A stretch of 32,000 nt of DNA from Microcystis aeruginosa NIES-2549 (GTDB lineage: Bacteria > Cyanobacteriota > Cyanobacteriia > Cyanobacteriales > Microcystaceae): positions 2,610,001 through 2,642,000 of the forward strand of contig NZ_CP011304.1 of assembly GCF_000981785.2 (NCBI RefSeq), written 5' to 3'. Both the position numbers and the translations under genes were made by a program. Below, piece after piece: positions 24,719 through 32,000 of this stretch (positions are counted from its first letter, which is position 1; each line of letters starts with the position of its first letter). Below the pieces are notes generated by a model. The model saw only the letters and a program-made list of their open reading frames with translations, had not been told where the DNA came from and ran no database searches.

Positions 24719-26260
24719 ATGGATTTTTCTAGTCTTGTTGCCAGTCAGCTAAACGCCGGCGCTATCTGGCCCGAAGGAATCCTGATTATCACCCTGATGG
24801 TGATTTTAATCGGCGATTTGATCTTGGGACGGAGTGCCAGAAGTTGGCTGCCCTACGCGGCGATCGCTGGTCTGCTCGCTGCTGTGGTTGCTCTCTACTT
24901 TACCTGGGACAATCCGAAACCATTGGCCTTTTTAGGGGCTTTTGAGGGGGATAATCTCAGTATCGTCTTTAGGGCGATTATTGCCCTTTCTACCGCCTCC
25001 ACAGTGCTGATGTCTGTGCGTTATGTGGAACAAGCGGGAACCTCCCTAGCGGAATTCTTGGCCATTATGCTCACCGCAACCCTCGGGGGAATGTTCCTAT
25101 CCGGCGCTAGTGAATTGGTGATGATCTTCATCTCCCTAGAAATGCTCAGTATTTCCTCCTATCTAATGACCGGTTACATGAAGCGGGATCCTCGATCGAA
25201 CGAGGCCGCTTTAAAATACCTGTTAATTGGAGCTTCTAGCTCGGCGATTTTCCTCTATGGTGTTTCCCTTCTCTACGGTTTATCCGGAGGTGAAACCAGT
25301 TTAAGTGCCATTGCCCAAAAATTAACCGATGTTAACGGTGGTCAGTCCCTGGCCTTAGCGATCGCATTAGTGTTTGTGATTGCCGGTATCGCCTTCAAAA
25401 TTTCGGCGGTTCCCTTTCACCAGTGGACTCCTGATGTGTACGAAGGTTCACCCACTCCCGTGGTGGCTTTCCTCTCGGTGGGTTCCAAAGCGGCCGGTTT
25501 TGCCCTAGCAATTCGCCTATTAGTGACGGTTTTCGGTCTAGTGAGCGAACAATGGCGGTTTATCTTTATCGCTCTAGCAATTTTGAGTATGATCCTCGGC
25601 AACGTGGTCGCCTTAGCCCAAACTAGCATGAAACGGATGTTAGCCTATTCCTCGATCGGTCAGGCGGGTTTTGTCATGATTGGTTTAACCGCCGGTACTG
25701 ACGCGGGTTACTCTAGCATGATTTTCTATCTGTTAATTTACCTGTTCATGAACCTAGGGGCTTTTGCCTGTGTGATTCTCTTTGCTCTCAGAACTGGAAC
25801 CGATCAGATCGCTGAGTATTCGGGACTCTACCAGAAAGATCCGCTCCTAACCCTCTGTTTAAGCATCTGTCTCCTCTCTTTGGGGGGAATTCCGCCTCTA
25901 GCGGGCTTCTTTGGTAAGATTTATCTATTCTGGGCCGGTTGGCAAGCGGGACTTTATGCCCTCGTCCTCGTTGGTTTAGTCACCAGTGTGGCCTCGATTT
26001 ACTACTATATCCGTGTGGTCAAAATGATGGTAGTTAAGGAACCCCAAGAGATGTCCGATGCGGTGAAAAATTACCCCGTTATCAATTGGACTCTTACCGG
26101 GATGCGTCCCCTACAGGTGGGCATTATCCTCTCCCTAGTGGCGACTTCCCTGGCCGGTATCCTTTCCAATCCTCTCTTTACCCTAGCGACGGATTCCGTC
26201 ACCACTACCCCCATCCTACAATCGGCGGCCCTGGTGACGCACATTTCCCGGGCAAATTGA
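24719..26260 (+). CDS. ndhB: NAD(P)H-quinone oxidoreductase subunit 2 (NdhB)
   Basis: 513 aa polytopic protein; [81 protein letters not shown]. Confidence 0.95.
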   Translation: MDFSSLVASQLNAGAIWPEGILIITLMVILIGDLILGRSARSWLPYAAIAGLLAAVVALYFTWDNPKPLAFLGAFEGDNLSIVFRAIIALSTASTVLMSVRYVEQAGTSLAEFLAIMLTATLGGMFLSGASELVMIFISLEMLSISSYLMTGYMKRDPRSNEAALKYLLIGASSSAIFLYGVSLLYGLSGGETSLSAIAQKLTDVNGGQSLALAIALVFVIAGIAFKISAVPFHQWTPDVYEGSPTPVVAFLSVGSKAAGFALAIRLLVTVFGLVSEQWRFIFIALAILSMILGNVVALAQTSMKRMLAYSSIGQAGFVMIGLTAGTDAGYSSMIFYLLIYLFMNLGAFACVILFALRTGTDQIAEYSGLYQKDPLLTLCLSICLLSLGGIPPLAGFFGKIYLFWAGWQAGLYALVLVGLVTSVASIYYYIRVVKMMVVKEPQEMSDAVKNYPVINWTLTGMRPLQVGIILSLVATSLAGILSNPLFTLATDSVTTTPILQSAALVTHISRAN

Positions 26261-26268
26261 GAATCCCT

Positions 26269-26331
26269 GTTGATTTATCCTAGCTATTCTAGTCCTGTCT
26301 TAAGGTTGGGATAAATCAACCACCTTAAGAC
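26269..26331. other. Interleaved (pseudoknot-topology) pair of long inverted repeats between convergent ndhB and methyltransferase genes
   Basis: A gttgatttatcc (26269-26280) pairs with A' ggataaatcaac (26309-26320). B gtcttaaggt (26297-26306) pairs with B' accttaagac (26322-26331). The order is A-B-A'-B'. Confidence 0.6.
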
Positions 26332-26359
26332 TTGTTCTAAGCTTAACCTGCTTTTTGCC

Positions 26360-28393
26360 TTACTCAAATTGGCCAAGTAGAAGACTCATTTCGTTAACAA
26401 CATTCTCACTTGCCTTTAACGCTTCTTTTCTAATTGCTTGAATTTCGGTCATACTTTTTGCTATTCTCTGCTGTTCAGATTGGGGTGGAATAGGCACTAA
26501 AACTTTTAACAAATCATCCCCTAAAATAGTAGGAATAGCATGACCTGTCATGTACCTTTTAACCTGACGCAAAAAAAAGTCTGTTCGCATATATACCAAT
26601 AAAAACAAAGGCTCGACTCCCTGAATATTTCTTAATACTGAAAATCCATTTGAGCAAATTGCCCCCTCTTCATCTTCCGTGATTAGGGCTGTTGCTTGGC
26701 GTGGTGTTCCTGTACTTGCTCCTGAAATTGCTGTAATAATATCGCCTTTGTACAATCTATAAGTTGCGCGAGATGGGGCCTCGTATGCCTTAATTATTTG
26801 TTGAGAAACAACTTGCATTGTACGATAATCAACATCGGAAATAGCTATATATCTAATTTCACTATCCCTAGCTAAACGAAAATCAGCCGCATCTCTCAAA
26901 ATATCGGCAATTTCACCTAAAGGTTTCGCCCCAATAGATTTTAGATGTTCTAATAATTTTTGGTCATTGGGTAAATAATGTTCGGCATCCAGTCTCGAAT
27001 TGAGCAGGGTGTTTTTAACTGTATAAATACAATCGCTGTTTTGTGCAAATTCGCCATTGATAAATGACCTAAAAGAGCGAGAAATATCATCTATATCATC
27101 GTCAACTATTGGCAAACCTGATTTTTTTCGGGCTATAACTCCCGACTCGTTGCGCTTATATATTGTTTGTCCTTTAACGTCATAGCCTATTTTTTTGATT
27201 TGTGCCATAAAACAAGAATCATTGTTTGCTGGTAATTTTTGAACTACTAAAAGTGATGTCTTGATTCCTGTACCGTATGGCACGAATGCTTCCGGCGGTA
27301 TGGAAACAACACCTAATATTTTTGTTTGGGAGCGCAACCAATGCCGAATCGGTCCATTAGAGATATTTTGTAATAGACCATCGGGCAGAATAATCGCCAT
27401 GCGCCCACCTGCGCGCAATAATTTTATAGATTTCTCAATAAATAAAATATCGGGCGACTGACCCGCTAAAACGGTTGGGGAAACTTCCCAACCATTGGAC
27501 GCTGATTTATGCCATTTCCTGGCGAGAAGATATGATTGAAGAATTTTCTTGTCTTCTACTTTGCCTTTATTTCCGAAAGGAGGATTGGTCAAGATAACAT
27601 CAAAGGAATTATTTAATTTTTCATCTTCGATAAGCGCATTAGTGCAGATAATTTCTGAACCTGTGCCACCTTCAAAAACTAAACGAATCATTCCCGAAAG
27701 AGCGACATCGGGATTAAATTCAATTCCTGTAATACTTTCTTGCACAAAACTTGCTATATTGAACTCTGGATTATTTTGTCGAACATGGTTTATTGCTTGA
27801 ATTAAAAAACCACCACTTCCGCAAGCAGGATCTATAATTTTTTCGTTTGGTTTGGGGTCTATCATTTCAACCGCAAGGCGGACAATTGGGTGAGGGGTAA
27901 AAAATTCTCCCCTATCTCCACGCTGGTGTCTATTTACAAAAGTCTGGAAGGCTTCCCCTTTTATATCGCCAGATGTTTTACTTAAATTAATGTACTGTAA
28001 CCTGCCTACAATATAAGCAAGAGTTAAAGGTTTTAACTTGAATGTGTCATCGGTGAAAAATCCCCGATAATGATTCTTGATGGAGGTAAATAATTGACTG
28101 AGACGCGACATAAATTCATCGGACTTATTGGCGACGATGGCTTTATATTCACTTGCTGTAACGCCAAAATTTACAGATTGCTTGACAGATTTTTCATCAT
28201 GAAGTTTGATGATGATTAGTTTAACCATCTCGTGAAAAATCTTGTCTTTGAGCATTCCTTCGTTGGCGTAAATATAATTATGGCACTCTTCAAAAACTGC
28301 GGAAAGATTGTTAGAAGGTCGTAATTCCTGAATTTGCGGGAGTTTTTCAGGTAACAGGCTGTCTTCAGAAAATAACAATCCTTGCTCTTTCAT
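26360..28393 (-). CDS. Gamma-class N6-adenine DNA methyltransferase (HsdM-like) fused to a single HsdS-type target-recognition domain
   Basis: 677 aa; motif X EFFTPHPIV, motif I IIDPACGSGGFL, motif IV ILTNPPFG. The C-terminal third carries an HsdS-like TRD plus conserved helix (LKVLVPIPPQSEQQRIAKSMTEIQAIRKEA). No nuclease or helicase domain, and no adjacent R gene. Confidence 0.85.
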   Translation of the reverse strand: MKEQGLLFSEDSLLPEKLPQIQELRPSNNLSAVFEECHNYIYANEGMLKDKIFHEMVKLIIIKLHDEKSVKQSVNFGVTASEYKAIVANKSDEFMSRLSQLFTSIKNHYRGFFTDDTFKLKPLTLAYIVGRLQYINLSKTSGDIKGEAFQTFVNRHQRGDRGEFFTPHPIVRLAVEMIDPKPNEKIIDPACGSGGFLIQAINHVRQNNPEFNIASFVQESITGIEFNPDVALSGMIRLVFEGGTGSEIICTNALIEDEKLNNSFDVILTNPPFGNKGKVEDKKILQSYLLARKWHKSASNGWEVSPTVLAGQSPDILFIEKSIKLLRAGGRMAIILPDGLLQNISNGPIRHWLRSQTKILGVVSIPPEAFVPYGTGIKTSLLVVQKLPANNDSCFMAQIKKIGYDVKGQTIYKRNESGVIARKKSGLPIVDDDIDDISRSFRSFINGEFAQNSDCIYTVKNTLLNSRLDAEHYLPNDQKLLEHLKSIGAKPLGEIADILRDAADFRLARDSEIRYIAISDVDYRTMQVVSQQIIKAYEAPSRATYRLYKGDIITAISGASTGTPRQATALITEDEEGAICSNGFSVLRNIQGVEPLFLLVYMRTDFFLRQVKRYMTGHAIPTILGDDLLKVLVPIPPQSEQQRIAKSMTEIQAIRKEALKASENVVNEMSLLLGQFE

Positions 28394-28667
28394 TTTTCCA
28401 GTTTGATTTGACCGTTTCCCCTTGCGGGTTGTTGAATAGATAGAATATTTTTAGTCTCGACTCCTAGCAAACCAGTCTTTTAGTGGACAGAGATCATCAC
28501 CATCTTGATTAAACAAGAACTTGCCCCTATACCTAATTATAGAATCTAAATTAGAGGATGTCAAGAGATAAAAAATTCAGTTTAATGTTAACCAAAGTGA
28601 GTAAAAAAAGCTGAGAGATTGTTGATGACAGAAATTCGGAGCATCTTTCAAATTGACAATGCCTATT

Positions 28668-28727
28668 GTAGGGTTAATTCATGAATTAGCCCTACACTTG
28701 GCGCTAATTCATGAATTAGCCCTACAG
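28668..28727. repeat. Tandemly duplicated copy of the GTAGGGTT-ATTCATGAAT-AGCCCTAC palindromic element
   Basis: gtagggttaattcatgaattagccctac (28668-28695; one T/G mismatch in the palindrome) is followed by a second partial copy, ctaattcatgaattagccctac (28704-28725). gcctattgt occurs on both sides (28661-28669 and 28739-28747). Confidence 0.8.
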
Positions 28728-28793
28728 CTATTGACAAGGCCTATTGTTTAGCCTTTTGATCAGGTGGGTGGCACTCACCTGATTTATTTTTAG

Positions 28794-29885
28794 CTAAACA
28801 TTAAAACGGAATAGTAAAACATCACCCTCTTGAACAATGTATTCCTTGCCTTCACTTCTGACTAAACCTTTTTCTTTAGCGGCGCTCATCGTGCGACTAT
28901 TAACTAAATCCTGATAAGACACAGTTTCTGCACGAATAAAACCCCGTTCAAAATCCGAGTGAATAACTCCGGCTGCCTGGGGTGCTTTCATACCGGCAAT
29001 AATCGTCCATGCGCGGGTTTCTTGGGGGCCAGTGGTGAGATAGGTACGCAGTCCTAATAACTCGTAGGTAGCTTTAATTAAAGATTTTAATCCCCCTTCT
29101 TCTACTCCTAAAGAACCGAGAAAATCTTTTCTTTCTTCCTCCGACAATTCCACTAATTCCGATTCTACTTGAGCAGAAACGATCACAACTTTTGCCTGTT
29201 CCTGTTGGGCAATTTGACGGACACTTTCTACCCAATCATTACCCGTGGCCAGATCATCTTCGCTCACATTAGCGGCATAAATAATCGGTTTACGACTCAA
29301 TAAACCGAGATTTTTAATTAATTCTTCTTCCTCTTTGCTTAAATCCACTTTTCGCGCCGAAATACCGTCATTAAGACAAATTAGGATTTTTTCAAGGATA
29401 ACCAATTCTTCGGCGGCTTCCTTGCTATTTTTCGCCTGTTTGCGTAAACGTTCCACCCGCTTCTCCACCTGTCCCAAATCCGCTAGAGCTAACTCTAGAT
29501 TAATCACCTCGATATCCCGGGCCGGATCCACGGACCCAGAAACATGAATAATATCATCATTATCAAAACAGCGCACCACATGAACGATCGCGTCCACTTC
29601 CCGGATATTAGCCAAAAATTGATTACCCAATCCTTCCCCCCGACTCGCACCCTTGACTAATCCGGCGATATCGACAAATTCAATCCGCGTCGGCACGATT
29701 TTCTCAGAATTAGAGATTTTAGCCAAAACCTCCAGACGTTCATCGGGGACGGATACCACACCCACATTCGGTTCAATGGTACAAAAGGGGAAATTAGCGG
29801 CCTCCGCCTTAGCATTAGCCACCAGAGCGTTAAATAGGGTCGATTTCCCCACATTTGGCAGTCCCACGATTCCAGCTTTCAACAT
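28794..29885 (-). CDS. ychF: Redox-regulated ATPase YchF
   Basis: The ATG at 29885 gives MLKAGIVGLPNVGKSTLFNAL...; it is collinear with remembered E. coli YchF through to the C-terminal DGDVLLFRFNV. The track's longer ORF adds 16 non-conserved codons. Confidence 0.93.
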   Translation of the reverse strand: MLKAGIVGLPNVGKSTLFNALVANAKAEAANFPFCTIEPNVGVVSVPDERLEVLAKISNSEKIVPTRIEFVDIAGLVKGASRGEGLGNQFLANIREVDAIVHVVRCFDNDDIIHVSGSVDPARDIEVINLELALADLGQVEKRVERLRKQAKNSKEAAEELVILEKILICLNDGISARKVDLSKEEEELIKNLGLLSRKPIIYAANVSEDDLATGNDWVESVRQIAQQEQAKVVIVSAQVESELVELSEEERKDFLGSLGVEEGGLKSLIKATYELLGLRTYLTTGPQETRAWTIIAGMKAPQAAGVIHSDFERGFIRAETVSYQDLVNSRTMSAAKEKGLVRSEGKEYIVQEGDVLLFRFNV

Positions 29886-30265
29886 AAAAATTGCTTGATA
29901 AACATCATCCCGACCTCTCACTATATCAGGCAACCTCTCGTTTTTGTGAATCCGGTTGATGAGAAAGACGGTGGATAGTTAACAGCTTAGTTAACATTTA
30001 TTCAAGTTCCTTAACTAAAAGTAGGCGAGATTTTACAAGAGATTGCGAGAATGGGATGTAATGCTTGAGACTGAGTTAGGGTGAAGAGTAGGAAAGAATA
30101 CACCTGTAGCACTGGGCAAAATTATGGCAAGACAGGCCTTTCACTTCTAAATACGTCCTGAGAGTAATTTTCAGTGCTATGACAGTATATTTCCCAAGGG
30201 CGATCGAGTGTAAATATCGTCCAATCGCCACAACTAATCACTAAATCATTGTTGGGGGTATCTGT

Positions 30266-32000
30266 ATGAATCAAAGTATCGGAGCAAACACCCGTAATGT
30301 GGCCCTTGTCGGCCCCTACTCCAGTGGAAAAACCTCCTTACTGGAAAGTTTACTTTTCGTCACAGGAGCCATCACCAGAAAAGGCAAAATCAGCGATCGC
30401 AACACCGTTGGTGATAGTTCCACACAAGCACGGGATCGACAGATGAGTGTAGAAGTTTCCGTTGCCCATAGTCAATACCAAAACCTAAATTTTACCTTTC
30501 TCGATTGCCCCGGTTCGATCGAATTTGCCAGTGAAACCTATAATGCCCTCGTCGGGGCTGGTGCTGCTATTATCGTTTGTGAACCGGTGGTTGATCGAGT
30601 TCTCACCCTGGCTCCCTTGCTAAAATTCCTCGATGATTGGGAAATTCCGCATCTAATCTTCATCAACAAGATGGATCGCTGTAATAGTCACTTTAACGAA
30701 GTCCTACAAGCTCTCAAATCCGTTTCTAGTCGTCCCCTCGTTCCCCAACAATATCCTATCCGTCAGAACAGCGAAACTATCGGATTCATCGATTTAATCA
30801 ACGAACAGGCTTATCATTACCATCCTAACAGTCCCGCCGATCCCGTACCTTTACCCGACCACCTCAAGGAAGAAGAACAGATCGCTCGACAAGAAATGCT
30901 AGAAACGATTGCCGAATTTGACGATCATCTTTTAGAAGAACTCCTCGAAGATATTAACCCCTCCCGGGAAGAAATTCTCCAAGACTTAAAACAAGAACTG
31001 GGAGCCGATCAGATAGTACCCGTGTTCTTCGGTATGGCGGAACGGGACTATGGTGTGCGTCATCTCCTCACCGCTTTAGTGGAAGAAGCACCGGCCCCGA
31101 CAATTACCGCCAATCGTCGCGGTCTCGATCCGGGTGCGGACGGGGACGCAGTGGTACAAATCCTCAAAACCTATTTTACTCCCCAGGGCGGTCGCCTCTC
31201 CCTAGGGCGAATCTGGCAGGGAACCCTTAGCGATGGCATGGCCTTAAACGGTGTGCGGATTGGTGGTATCTATCGTCTCATGGGACAACAACAACAACCC
31301 CTACAGCAGGCCCAAGCGGGGGAAATTGTCGCTCTCGGTCGTTTGGAGGGAATCGCCACCGGAGACGTGGTGAGCAGCGGCAGTCAAAAACCCGACCTTC
31401 CCAAAGGATTACAGCTTAAACCCGTCTTTGCTCTCGCTATTGCCGCCGTCAATCGCAAGGATGAAGTTAAATTAAGTTCAGCTTTGACAAAACTGATCGA
31501 AGAAGATCCCTCCCTCTACTGGGAACAACACGGCGACACTAAAGAAGTGATTCTCTGGGGACAGGGAGAAATTCATCTACAAGTGGCCCTCGATCGCCTA
31601 GCACGCAAGTATAATCTACCGATGACCACCCATTTACCCCAAGTCCCCTACAAGGAAACGATCAAGGCCAGCACCAAATCCCACGGACGTTATAAACACC
31701 AAACCGGCGGCCACGGTGCTTTTGGCGATGTGTATCTCGATATTAAACCCCTGGCCCGGGGGGAAGGTTTCCACTTCCATGAAAGCATTGTCGGTGGTGT
31801 CGTCCCCAAACAGTATATCCCCGGGGTGGAAACGGGAGTGCGGGAATATCTCGGTCATGGTCCTTTGGGTTTTCCCGTGGTGGATATTGATGTTACTCTC
31901 ACCGATGGTTCCTATCACAGTGTCGATAGTTCCGAACAAGCTTTTAAACAAGCGGCCCGTCTAGCGATGACGGAGGGACTGCCTAAATGTCATCCGGTCT
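30266..32000 (+). CDS. Elongation factor G paralogue (EF-G-like GTPase), 5' part; runs off the right window edge
   Basis: Own translation from the ATG at 30266: MNQSIGANTRNVALVGPYSSGKTSLLESLLFVTG...FLDCPGSIEF...FINKMDR... with EF-G domains II-IV following (LSLGRIWQGTL, GEIHLQVALDRL, HGRYKHQTGGHGAFGDV). Not in the ORF track because no stop lies within the window. Confidence 0.9.
   Translation, partial: MNQSIGANTRNVALVGPYSSGKTSLLESLLFVTGAITRKGKISDRNTVGDSSTQARDRQMSVEVSVAHSQYQNLNFTFLDCPGSIEFASETYNALVGAGAAIIVCEPVVDRVLTLAPLLKFLDDWEIPHLIFINKMDRCNSHFNEVLQALKSVSSRPLVPQQYPIRQNSETIGFIDLINEQAYHYHPNSPADPVPLPDHLKEEEQIARQEMLETIAEFDDHLLEELLEDINPSREEILQDLKQELGADQIVPVFFGMAERDYGVRHLLTALVEEAPAPTITANRRGLDPGADGDAVVQILKTYFTPQGGRLSLGRIWQGTLSDGMALNGVRIGGIYRLMGQQQQPLQQAQAGEIVALGRLEGIATGDVVSSGSQKPDLPKGLQLKPVFALAIAAVNRKDEVKLSSALTKLIEEDPSLYWEQHGDTKEVILWGQGEIHLQVALDRLARKYNLPMTTHLPQVPYKETIKASTKSHGRYKHQTGGHGAFGDVYLDIKPLARGEGFHFHESIVGGVVPKQYIPGVETGVREYLGHGPLGFPVVDIDVTLTDGSYHSVDSSEQAFKQAARLAMTEGLPKCHPV

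Noticed and set aside
28759-28790. Hairpin atcaggtg-N9-cacctgat next to the ychF stop, considered as the ychF terminator
   Set aside because: The T-run follows the hairpin on the plus strand only. On the ychF (minus) strand it is followed by CAAAAGG. It is therefore not a canonical intrinsic terminator for ychF, and no plus-strand gene ends nearby.
29886-29933. 16-codon N-terminal extension of ychF in the ORF track
   Set aside because: Alignment to remembered YchF sequences starts at MLKAGIVGLPNVGKS (ATG 29885). The extension uses a non-ATG start and is not conserved-looking.

Overview
This is a cyanobacterial chromosomal window. It carries kaiA-kaiB-kaiC, psaE, ndhB and pipX-pipY-sepF-proC, plus many copies of the HIP1 palindrome GCGATCGC. 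The repeat content suggests Microcystis, but that rests on recollection and was not checked. About two thirds is core: rsmE, psaE, a class-III aminotransferase/sulfotransferase pair, the kai cluster with a divergent hybrid histidine kinase, tRNA-Val(UAC), ykgJ-type protein, proC, sepF, pipY, pipX, ndhB, ychF and a partial EF-G paralogue. Four visibly AT-richer accessory patches sit between these genes.
(1) 1-2160: a DndD-like hook-containing ABC ATPase runs off the left edge, preceded by a 55-codon ORF and a gutted helicase pseudogene.
(2) 14.4-18.2 kb: three tightly coupled two-gene modules (HigB/HigA-like, a 40-aa antitoxin-like ORF with a tail-anchored coiled-coil membrane protein, and antitoxin/ParE-like) plus an HTH-P-loop AAA-like NTPase.
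(3) 19.8-21.3 kb: a GT-C-type membrane glycosyltransferase.
(4) 26.4-28.4 kb: a solitary N6-adenine methyltransferase fused to a single HsdS-type specificity domain, wedged between ndhB and ychF.
Intergenic DNA holds several short repeat families: CAGTTAT and TTGCCT heptamer tracts, a GTAGGGTTNATTCATGAATNANCCCTAC palindrome with flanking direct repeats, a 22-bp dispersed motif, and a 31-nt inverted dispersed repeat. No rRNA, CRISPR array, intact transposase or integrase was seen.
The strongest candidates for something new are the edge-truncated DndD-like locus, the small-ORF/tail-anchored membrane protein pair, and the kinase with two degenerate receiver domains next to kaiA. All functional calls come from reading the translations by eye. 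No database search was run.
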